DNA of 64,000 nt from an uncultured bacterium (GTDB lineage: Bacteria > Acidobacteriota > HRBIN11 > JAKEFK01). This document shows, piece after piece, positions 49,583 to 58,242 of the stretch (positions within the stretch are counted from its first letter, which is position 1; each line of letters starts with the position of its first letter). The stretch spans positions 1 to 64,000 of the forward strand of contig CAVZQN010000010.1 in NCBI GenBank assembly GCA_963777505.1, given 5' to 3'. The translations under genes and the position numbers were made by a program. The notes below the pieces were generated by a model, which was given only the letters and a program-made list of their open reading frames with translations, was not told the origin of the DNA and made no database searches.

Positions 49583-51027
49583 ATGCGTTCTGACAAAATC
49601 GATCGGCATCTGATCAAAATTAAAAGACTTCGTTTGTTACGCCTTGTACTTCAGATTACGCTTCTGGCAACTTCTGCGGTATTGCTCACGATCTTAGCCG
49701 GCGCATTGCAGAAACGTATCTCGTTTATCATCCTGTCATTGTCTTTTTAGCGGCCGGGATTTTACTTTCGATTCTTGCTGTATTTTGCGCGCGGATTTAT
49801 TTTCGCGAAAGCCAATCTTCAATCGCACATGAGTTAGATTCCGAACACAAGTTAAAAGACAGGCTTTCAACATATATCGAAATTCGTGATTCAAGTCATC
49901 CATTTCTTCCTGCCTTGATTACCGAATCCGAAACTCACCTGCCTCAAATTTCACTTCGCGGTTCGGCTCGTTTCCAAAAAGGCTCTGCAATTCCATTACT
50001 GCTCAATTCAATACTCGCACTAAGCCTCGCCACTTTTACTCTTTGGCCGGTTCCGAAGGCGACCGCTTCTCGCGCTGCACAACACCGCCAGGTAAAAAAA
50101 CATACAAAACAGTTGATCAAAGATATTGAACAAATCAAGAAAACACCTGATACTCCGCTCGAAATCAAAAAATTAGCCGAAGAATTTAGGAAGTTGGCCG
50201 ACCGCATCGATAAACCGGATGTCGATCCGGCACAAGCACTTCAAAAAGTAAACTCAATGCAAAAACAGTTAAAAGATTTACAAAACAAGTTCGATAAGGA
50301 ACGGAAACAAAACTTCGCTAAAGATCTGAATTCAAACAAAACAACAAGCCAAAAAAATAAATCCAACAATCAAGAGCCGGGGCTTCAAAGCGAAGCACGT
50401 ACCCTTCAAGAAGCTCTGGAAAAAGAAGGGCTCCAGGGTGGAGAAGAATTACAGCAAAAGATTCAAAGTGGAAATCTGACACGCGAAGATCTGAAAAAGA
50501 TGCAAAAGGCATTGGAAAATTACAAATCAGATAAGAAAACGAAAGATCAAAAATTAGCAGAACTGCAGCAATCCCTTGAGAATGCGCGTAAAGGAATGAC
50601 CTCCGGCAAAAGATCAATTACATACAACAGCAAAATCGATGAAAACAATATGAATGACTCTAAAGGCGGAGTCGAAGATGGACCTGGCACAACAAACAAG
50701 GATTTTGGCCCTCATCATTTTGATACTAAGAAAAAGGGAGAAAGCCGTTACAGTGAGGATCGCACTAAGACTGAATATGAACAATTGTATTCCGGCCAAC
50801 GAGAGAATGTTGGAAAGGATCCGTTATTTGTAGGCAGTAAGTGGGATGCTGAAAAATCTCGTTATGTTCGTGTACGTACTTTTGGCGAAGAAAGTAATCC
50901 GGAAATTGTGCTGGATCAAACTAAAATGGCGCCTCAAACCGAAGAAGAATCCGTTGTTGGAAAAGAAAAAATTCCAGCTGCATATCGTGATTTGATTCGA
51001 CGCTATTTCGACAGCATTGACAAATGA
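49583..51027 (+). CDS. Membrane-anchored coiled-coil protein (frameshift near 49705)
   Basis: MRSDKID..TM in one frame; TM, LKDRLST, coiled coil and IPAAYRDLIRRYF in the next. Confidence 0.8.
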
Positions 51028-51035
51028 AATTAATT

Positions 51036-51117
51036 TTCACCACAGAGTCACGGAGAACACGGAGTTAAATTAGCAATTTATAATAAGACTCCGTGCCCTC
51101 CGTGACTCCGTGGTGAA
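51036..51117. repeat. Complete cacggag-type inverted repeat element
   Basis: ttcaccacagagtcacggagaacacggag .. ctccgtgccctccgtgactccgtggtgaa. Confidence 0.9.
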
Positions 51118-51127
51118 CAAATAATTT

Positions 51128-52096
51128 ATGACAGAAGAAAAAGCAGAACAATTTCGCACAACATACAGTGCCATCCAATCTGAAATCGGCAAAAGAATTG
51201 TAGGACAAAGAGAAGTTGTAGATGCTGCGATTGATGCGTTGTTTTTGGGTGGTCATGTTTTGCTGGAAGGTGTGCCCGGTCTAGGAAAAACTTTACTTGT
51301 TCGAACGCTCGCCGAAGCACTTGAACTTCGCTTTTCCAGAATACAATTTACGCCCGATTTGATGCCCGCCGATATTTTGGGAACAAATATTATTATCGAA
51401 ACAAATCCCGGGCAGAAACAATTTCTTTTTCAAAAAGGTCCTGTTTTTACTCACATTTTGCTTGCTGATGAAATCAATCGAGCAACACCGAAGACACAAT
51501 CTGCGCTGCTGGAAGCCATGCAGGAACGAAGCGTGACGGTCGCAGGAGTTCGAAATGAACTCGAAGAGCCTTTTTATGTTCTTGCAACGCAGAATCCCAT
51601 TGAAATGGAAGGTACTTATCCTTTACCTGAAGCACAACTCGATCGATTTCTCTACAAGGTGCTTGTACAATTTCCACCGGAAAACGATTTATTAGCAATA
51701 TTGAATAGAACGACTGGTGATGAAACAATCCAGGTTAAACCGGCCGCAAACCGGGATCGAGTTCGTGAATTTTCTCACCTGATCTTGCAAGTCCCGGCGG
51801 CAGAGACTGTCGTTCAATATGCAGCACAACTTGTTCTTCGTACACATCCCGACAATCCGCAAGCGCCTGATGTCATAAAACAATACGTGCGTTATGGAGC
51901 CAGTCCTCGCGGCGCACAAGCACTGATCCTTTCTGCAAAAATTCGCGCTCTAAAAGATGGGCGTTACAACGCATCCAGAGATGATATTGCTGCCGCAGCA
52001 CTACCCTCTCTTCGTCATCGCTTGATTTTGAACCTGGAAGGATTGGCTGAAAATATTTCGCCGGATTCACTGATTCAACAACTAATCCAAAACTGA
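51128..52096 (+). CDS. moxR: MoxR-family AAA+ ATPase
   Basis: GVPGLGKT, RIQFTPDLMPAD, LADEINRA, ATQNPIE, EAQLDRF. Confidence 0.95.
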   Translation: MTEEKAEQFRTTYSAIQSEIGKRIVGQREVVDAAIDALFLGGHVLLEGVPGLGKTLLVRTLAEALELRFSRIQFTPDLMPADILGTNIIIETNPGQKQFLFQKGPVFTHILLADEINRATPKTQSALLEAMQERSVTVAGVRNELEEPFYVLATQNPIEMEGTYPLPEAQLDRFLYKVLVQFPPENDLLAILNRTTGDETIQVKPAANRDRVREFSHLILQVPAAETVVQYAAQLVLRTHPDNPQAPDVIKQYVRYGASPRGAQALILSAKIRALKDGRYNASRDDIAAAALPSLRHRLILNLEGLAENISPDSLIQQLIQN

Positions 52097-52103
52097 AAAC
52101 GTT

Positions 52104-52403
52104 CTATGGCCGCACTCTAGCATCAAGCATCTGATACATCTCAAAGCTGAAACCCGCATTTGATCGGATAGCTGGATCATTTGTGGCAATATTCTGCGCG
52201 GACGCTTCATTTTCAACTTCAACAACAGCAATCCCATATGTGCCCTTAGGATCCATAACCGGTCCATAGGCCACGACCTTGCGTTCGGCAATCAAATTAC
52301 CCCAGTAATCAAAATGCTCTTGCATAATCGCGCCTTCGACTTCAGTCATATCCATGGGAAATGTGGGTCGAGGTGGAATCAGTTTGAAGAAAAAATGATT
52401 CAT
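52104..52403 (-). CDS. YciI-family protein
   Basis: MQEHFDYW, YGPV.DP, NDPA. Confidence 0.85.
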   Translation of the reverse strand: MNHFFFKLIPPRPTFPMDMTEVEGAIMQEHFDYWGNLIAERKVVAYGPVMDPKGTYGIAVVEVENEASAQNIATNDPAIRSNAGFSFEMYQMLDARVRP

Positions 52404-52451
52404 AACTTACTACTCTCCTGGAACACTTATTCAACTTTATTGCAGTTGTTC

Positions 52452-52525
52452 GTAGGGGCGACCCTTGTGATCGCCCATTTCTTCGTGATCAGGACTCGCC
52501 GGGCGGCCACAAGGGCCGCCCCTAC
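52452..52525. repeat. GTAG-family REP doublet, intergenic
   Basis: gtaggggcgacccttgtgatcgccc .. gggcggccacaagggccgcccctac. Confidence 0.93.
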
Positions 52526-52542
52526 TTAGTCTTTAGTATAAA

Positions 52543-54270
52543 TCAGTGACGGCGTTCGATTTTGAACAAGATGCTTTCGCGTTTTGGCAATCCGAGAACG
52601 GAAAGAGCTTTTTCGTTATTCGGATCCATTTGAAGAATGATATTGAGGTGTCTGAAGGCTTTCAATTTTAAACCTTGAGTTTGGTAAAAATCCGCAAGAG
52701 CAAAATGATTCTCCACATTACTCGGTTCGATTTCCAATGCACGCAGGAGTTGTTGCTCACCCTCTTTGGCATGACCAGCCTTCTGTAATTTTTTTCCAAA
52801 TTGCCTGAGAAGATCCAGATCAACCGGGTTTTGTACCAGTGCTTCCTTTAATTCCTTCAGTGTCATTTCATGATCAGGTGGAAAAGGAGGTTTTTCTTCC
52901 TTGATTTCAGGAGGCAGCTGTTTCGGAACATCAACTGATTTCTGACCTGAATAAATTGATTCAACAGCGGGAGAAGGTTCGATTACTTCGGGCTTCTGCA
53001 CTGTAGCTGCAGGTTTCATTTGTTGTGGTTCCGGATAGTCATCCATGTTAATTGGTGTTGGTGAAAAATCCACGTCCGGATAGGGTTCATTCATAAACGA
53101 ATCTTGTGCTTCTTCAAGCATTTCTGATGAATGCAATTCAACTGCATGAGAATTTTCGTCAATTTGAGTTAAGTTTCGATGCGCCTGTGCAAGGCGATCG
53201 ACAATGGCCTTCAGCGTATCTTTTAGATCATGAAAAAGATCGGCTGAATAATAACAATAATGAAAAACACCCGTCAGATAATCATAAGATTTCTGAATTT
53301 CATCTTCCGTGCATCCGCTCATAAGGTTTAAGACTTCTTCGTCCGTTGCAACTTGAAATTTGAGATGGGTAAAATCAATCAGATCTCGAAGTTCTTCGGG
53401 AGTGAAAGAATCTAACGGACGTTGCTCTTGTGATCGAGTAGGAATTTGAATATCAAGGACGGCAGGTGTTGTTGGTGGAGGTTCAGGCGGTGCATCAAAA
53501 AGATTGAGAGACCAGTTTCGCGGATCTTCCGGTGACTTTTGATGCTCGCCTACTGTAAATCCAACCATCCCAGACAGTAAAAGACTGAACATTGCCCGGC
53601 CAAATTCAAGAGGTGCCAGTTTCGATTTTTTTCTAAGCTCATAAATAGAAGTCACTCCATCGACGCACGACAGGATGGTTTCTTCCTGAAAATCAAAATC
53701 AGATCTTTGAATTCGTGGAGTACCCTGTGGAAGCACAATCCGACTTTCATCATCACCAAGCGATCGCTCCAAAACGATTAAATTACTAATGTTTCGAACA
53801 CCTCTGAGTACAAGGTTCGGCGTGGAAACCCGCACTGAAATTTCGTGCTGAACTGAACGAATGTCTTCTTCAAATTCATAGAGGCCATAATCCCAATCGA
53901 ATACAGAATACAAAATATGTTGCACCTGATAATTCAGTCCAACGTATAAATCCATGGTTGTGATATAACCACGCTCCACAAGCGCATCACCCAGGCGTCG
54001 TCCTTCTGCAACTTCTCGGACTACTGCGTTAAATTCTTCCTCACTGATTTTTCCAAGTTTGATCAGCATTTCGCCAAATCTTTCTTCAGACAGACTGGAA
54101 TGAGCGAAAATAATGTCGCCCTTACGGAAATAAATATCACGGCGGATTTTGTGTTGAGTAAAACGCAGGCGACCGCTAAGTCCTGATTCGTAAATGTTTA
54201 AGACAAGCTCTGCGGCATGAATGTCAGCAAGACTGCCATTCATCTTATGAGAAGAATGGTCGGACGTCAT
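52543..54270 (-). CDS. DUF4388 + J-like domain (no HPD) + TPR protein
   Basis: GSLAD..SGRLRF..IYFRKGDIIFAHS..ERFGEML; EVL....TEDEIQKSY..L...FHYC; C-terminal TPRs. Confidence 0.82.
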   Translation of the reverse strand: MTSDHSSHKMNGSLADIHAAELVLNIYESGLSGRLRFTQHKIRRDIYFRKGDIIFAHSSLSEERFGEMLIKLGKISEEEFNAVVREVAEGRRLGDALVERGYITTMDLYVGLNYQVQHILYSVFDWDYGLYEFEEDIRSVQHEISVRVSTPNLVLRGVRNISNLIVLERSLGDDESRIVLPQGTPRIQRSDFDFQEETILSCVDGVTSIYELRKKSKLAPLEFGRAMFSLLLSGMVGFTVGEHQKSPEDPRNWSLNLFDAPPEPPPTTPAVLDIQIPTRSQEQRPLDSFTPEELRDLIDFTHLKFQVATDEEVLNLMSGCTEDEIQKSYDYLTGVFHYCYYSADLFHDLKDTLKAIVDRLAQAHRNLTQIDENSHAVELHSSEMLEEAQDSFMNEPYPDVDFSPTPINMDDYPEPQQMKPAATVQKPEVIEPSPAVESIYSGQKSVDVPKQLPPEIKEEKPPFPPDHEMTLKELKEALVQNPVDLDLLRQFGKKLQKAGHAKEGEQQLLRALEIEPSNVENHFALADFYQTQGLKLKAFRHLNIILQMDPNNEKALSVLGLPKRESILFKIERRH

Positions 54271-54332
54271 AACGATGCTTGAGCCAGAATGGATCCCCTC
54301 TGGTTAGATTATGCCTGTCTGCCAGAAACTCT

Positions 54333-54380
54333 TCAACTGCTCACCTCCCTCCGCTCCTCTGCTCCCCTGCTCCCCTGCAC
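54333..54380. repeat. Degenerate octamer tandem repeat (ctgctccc)
   Basis: ctgctcacctccctccgctcctctgctcccctgctcccctgcac. Confidence 0.7.
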
Positions 54381-54442
54381 TGTCTAAGGGCTCAAAATCG
54401 ACAATTTCTAAGAGAGTGGAAGTTTGACGAGAGTACGAGCAT

Positions 54443-56488
54443 TTACTTGGGTCTGTCGAGGATCTCGCGTACTTTTGACAGAAGGACTGACATCGAGACA
54501 GGCTTGCTCAGGAAATCGGTTCCTGTCTCAATCCTGCCCTGACGCTCGAACGCTTCACGAGAATATCCTGACATACATAAGACGTGCAAATGCGGACGCA
54601 ACTTTCGCAATGACTGTGCTAAAGCAAGGCCGCTCATTGTCGGCATGACGATATCAGTGATCATGAGATGCACAGGCTCAACATAATGTCGAAGCAACTC
54701 GATTGATTCTGGACCATTTGCAGCTTGAAGGACTTTGTATCCATGCACTTCAAGTAAAGCGCTCATTGAACTGCGCACGGGTTCATTATCATCCACAATC
54801 AAAATTGTTTCTGATCCTTTGAGCGAAACACTTTGTGCAACCACTGTATCTTTCTGAATGACTCTTTCCTCATCCATACGCGGAAAATACACGCGAAATA
54901 CCGATCCATGTCCCGGCTCGCTGTAGACAGTAATGTATCCCTCACTCTGTTTCACAATTCCGTAGACCGTTGAAAGTCCTAAACCGGTTCCTCTGCCATG
55001 TTCCTTTGTTGTAAAAAACGGCTCGAAAATTCGAGCCATGGTCGCTTCAGTCATTCCTGTTCCTGTATCCGAAACAGTTAACAATACATAACGACCGATT
55101 CGTGATCCTGCATGATGGCTCGTATATTCCTCATCCATTTCGGTGTTGGAAGTTTCAATGATCAGCCTTCCACCTTCAGGCATTGCATCGCGAGCGTTGA
55201 TTGAAAGATTCATAATGACTTGCTCAACTTTGCTCGGATCCGCTTTTATACGGCCCAGCCCTTCATCAAAAATCATATGCAGTTCGATATCTTCTCCGAG
55301 TAGTCGTTTCAGGAAATTTTCCATACTGCGAAGAATTGAGTTCAATTCGATAATTTTGGGCTGCATGATTTGACGACGGCTGAACGCGAGCATTTGCTGA
55401 GTCAGCGAAGCACCCTGTTCAGCAGATTTCAAAATTTCAGCAAGCGATTGGCGCAATGGACTTCGTTCATCCAATTTCGACATGGTAAGTTCAGCAAATC
55501 CTGTGATTGCCATCAAAATATTATTGAAGTCGTGTGCAACACCACCGGCGAGTTGTCCGATCGCTTCAATCTTCTGAACTTGAAAAAGCTGTTCCTGGAG
55601 TCCACGAACGTGAGTAATATCCCGCAAAAATCCGCGGTATCCAACGATACGTCCATTTTCATAGAGCGCAGTACATGTCTCCAGAACATGAAGCTTATCC
55701 CCGGAAATCTTCTTCAAGGTCAGTTCGTAATCCTTTAAATTACCTTCCGATTTCAAAGCTGCATGATGTCGCTTTTGAACTTCTGTATCCCAGTAGAAGT
55801 CATCAAGCTTTTTGCTTAGCATTTCGTCCTTGTCTGTCACTCCGAGCAACTGTACCCCTGTTGCATTAATTTCTTGAAAAGATCCATCCGCCGCGCAAAT
55901 AAAAACTGCATCGGGTGATTCCTCAAACAAGATCCTGTATTTTTCATCGGATTTACGAAGCCCTTCCTCAGCAATCTTCCCGCTCGCTAAGCGGTCTCTT
56001 AATCGAAGATCGAGTAAAACCATTACCTGCTTCGCAAGACTCTGCAAGAGTTCAATTTGATCGCTATTGAGAGGTCGTGGAGTTTTATCAAGAATGCTGA
56101 GCGATCCCAAAACATGACCACTTTGAGTTACGAGAGGTGCACCAGCGTAAAATCTGTAACCTGGCTGCGAGGTGACCAAATGCAATGATGCATAACGCGG
56201 ATCAAGTAATGCGTCAGTCACAACAAGAACATGATTCGGATCTGCAATCACAAAATGACAGAATGAGTTATCGCGTTTGAATTCGCTTTCAGACAACCCT
56301 GTTTTTGATTTTAACCAGACACGATTGCTATCGACGAAGCTGATAAATGCTGCAGGAACTTGAAATAGGCGGGACGCAAAACGAGTGATCTCGTCGAAGA
56401 TTTCTTCGGCGACAGAATCTAAAACATCATACTGATAAAGTGAATCAAGACGAGCTTCTTCGCTCGATGATCCAGTCTGTAGTGACAC
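54443..56488 (-). CDS. Hybrid histidine kinase GAF-PAS-HisKA-HATPase-REC
   Basis: RFYAGAPL, PAS, GVAHDFNN, NARDAM, FEPFFTTK, GTGLGL, TDIVMP. Confidence 0.95.
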   Translation of the reverse strand: MSLQTGSSSEEARLDSLYQYDVLDSVAEEIFDEITRFASRLFQVPAAFISFVDSNRVWLKSKTGLSESEFKRDNSFCHFVIADPNHVLVVTDALLDPRYASLHLVTSQPGYRFYAGAPLVTQSGHVLGSLSILDKTPRPLNSDQIELLQSLAKQVMVLLDLRLRDRLASGKIAEEGLRKSDEKYRILFEESPDAVFICAADGSFQEINATGVQLLGVTDKDEMLSKKLDDFYWDTEVQKRHHAALKSEGNLKDYELTLKKISGDKLHVLETCTALYENGRIVGYRGFLRDITHVRGLQEQLFQVQKIEAIGQLAGGVAHDFNNILMAITGFAELTMSKLDERSPLRQSLAEILKSAEQGASLTQQMLAFSRRQIMQPKIIELNSILRSMENFLKRLLGEDIELHMIFDEGLGRIKADPSKVEQVIMNLSINARDAMPEGGRLIIETSNTEMDEEYTSHHAGSRIGRYVLLTVSDTGTGMTEATMARIFEPFFTTKEHGRGTGLGLSTVYGIVKQSEGYITVYSEPGHGSVFRVYFPRMDEERVIQKDTVVAQSVSLKGSETILIVDDNEPVRSSMSALLEVHGYKVLQAANGPESIELLRHYVEPVHLMITDIVMPTMSGLALAQSLRKLRPHLHVLCMSGYSREAFERQGRIETGTDFLSKPVSMSVLLSKVREILDRPK

Positions 56489-56568
56489 CTACTCCCCTCC
56501 GTGTGTCACCCTTCTCTGGTCAAAGTGATTTTATCATAGAAGATACGAGCTTAAGTCCATACCCTTTG

Positions 56569-56970
56569 TTAGGAACAAACTGAGAATACAGAGAATCGAA
56601 GTTCAGCTGGTTCAGCTTCTGTTCCTTGTTCATCGGAGGCATCCACCGTAAAAGTGACACGATGCCGGTGATTGGGACCACCAGCAGCCTTAAAGCGGAT
56701 TGAAACTGTAGTTCCACTGGATTCTGTTCCAGTCGTTTGCTCTATATTTCCATGCTGGAGTGTATTCATTTTCGCGTTCCACGTAATTTGGTCTCCATTT
56801 GGATCTGTCACCATAAATGTGATTTGAGCGCCACTACCGGCACACACGATTTCAGGTTCGATCCTTAGATTCGTTATAACCGGCGCTAAAACTGGATCTA
56901 CAGGCTCTTGAGGTTCACGGCAGCCATAGCATGCCCACATCAAACAAAACAGTAAGAAACAATTTTTCAT
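56569..56970 (-). CDS. Hypothetical lipoprotein with Ig-like domain
   Basis: Lipobox-like YGC, APVI, DPNGD.ITW. Confidence 0.78.
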   Translation of the reverse strand: MKNCFLLFCLMWACYGCREPQEPVDPVLAPVITNLRIEPEIVCAGSGAQITFMVTDPNGDQITWNAKMNTLQHGNIEQTTGTESSGTTVSIRFKAAGGPNHRHRVTFTVDASDEQGTEAEPAELRFSVFSVCS

Positions 56971-57053
56971 CGTGGAAAGTTATTTGAATTGAGTTCTTTT
57001 CAGATATTCTATTATCCGTTGAAGCGAATGTCCAAAAGTGTGAGGATTGATCT

Positions 57054-57917
57054 GTGCTCATAAGCCGGAAGTTGTTGTCTCGTTTGGAAACTTTACAAAT
57101 TCCATCGCGGCGCAGGATGAGACAGCAGCATCGCGGTGAAAAAGTTAGCCTGCGCAAAGGATCCAGCCTGGAATTTTCTGATTATCGTGAATATTTGCAA
57201 GGGGATGATATCAGAAGCATTGATTGGAATGCGTATGCACGCAGCGAACGACTCTATCTAAAATTATTTCTAGAAGAAGAAAGTCGTCCGGTTTCGCTTA
57301 TCGTTGATCGCAGTGAGTCGATGAATTTTGGATCTCCAACGAAGTTTGAATACGCATTATCCCTGGCCTGCTGTCTTGCCTACATTAGCTTAAATCACTA
57401 TGACCGCCCAGAAGTTTTATTGCTCCAGAATAAAGAATTCCATCGTTATCGATTTGGATCTATCAAGCAATTTTTCCCTCTGTTGAACCGCCTAGAAAAT
57501 ATACAGCCGAGCGGGGAGACGTATTTGAATGCAACACTTAAAAAGCTTGCAGGAGCAGGACGACCAGGAATCTGTTTTTTGATTTCCGATTTTTATTCTC
57601 CTGATGGATTTGATGCACTCAAACTTTTTTCAGTACGGGGAAATGAAGTTCATTGTCTGCAGGTTCTTTCTCCTGATGAAATTGTTCCTGAGTTTCGAGG
57701 AGACTTAAAACTTGTCGATTCAGAAACGACAACAGCGGCTGAAGTTTCAATATCACCTCAGGTGATGAAACGTTATCTGGCCAGGCTTCGTAGCCTGCAA
57801 GAATCAATCAAGAAAACAGCCGCACACAGTTTTGCCTCTTTTTCTGTAATTAATTCGTCAACTCCGCTTGAGGATTTAATATTGCGCGACATGCGAAAGA
57901 CTGGTCTTGTCTCATGA
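57054..57917 (+). CDS. DUF58 protein
   Basis: EFSDYREY..GDDIR.IDWN, VDRSESM, ISDF. Confidence 0.93.
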   Translation: MLISRKLLSRLETLQIPSRRRMRQQHRGEKVSLRKGSSLEFSDYREYLQGDDIRSIDWNAYARSERLYLKLFLEEESRPVSLIVDRSESMNFGSPTKFEYALSLACCLAYISLNHYDRPEVLLLQNKEFHRYRFGSIKQFFPLLNRLENIQPSGETYLNATLKKLAGAGRPGICFLISDFYSPDGFDALKLFSVRGNEVHCLQVLSPDEIVPEFRGDLKLVDSETTTAAEVSISPQVMKRYLARLRSLQESIKKTAAHSFASFSVINSSTPLEDLILRDMRKTGLVS

Positions 57918-57921
57918 AGTT

Positions 57922-57939
57922 CTTTGCGTCTTTGCGGTT
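57922..57939. repeat. Half element of the ctttgcg/ctctgcg-gtt repeat family
   Basis: ctttgcgtctttgcggtt; related remnants near 7891, 12438, 14585, 16154, 24811, 28720 and 45228. Confidence 0.7.
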
Positions 57940-57965
57940 AGCCAACTTTATGGTCAAATGAAGCA

Positions 57966-58220
57966 ATGATAAACAAAGACGACTGGCGCTTGAAGCGTCC
58001 GCGTAAATATTTAGAAAAAATTACACTTCAATGGACCACCTTTCAGCCGTTCAAAAAAGGAATGGAATCAGATCACTGCGAGTTCTGCTGGGCAAAGTTT
58101 GTCGCTCAGCCTAAACCAGACGCCCACCATGAAGGGTACTCGACACTTGATCATTACTACTGGATCTGTAAAAACTGCTTTGAAGACTTCAAAGATATGT
58201 TCCATTGGAGTGTGACGTAG
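57966..58220 (+). CDS. Small zinc-finger-like hypothetical protein
   Basis: DHCEFCWAKF..EGY..WICKNCFEDFK. Confidence 0.8.
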   Translation: MINKDDWRLKRPRKYLEKITLQWTTFQPFKKGMESDHCEFCWAKFVAQPKPDAHHEGYSTLDHYYWICKNCFEDFKDMFHWSVT

Positions 58221-58242
58221 CTGCCCACACGGGTATCCTGAA

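Noticed and set aside
52314-52529. 71-aa ORF containing VGATLVIA
   Set aside because: It is a translation of the intergenic REP doublet and overlaps yciI antisense.
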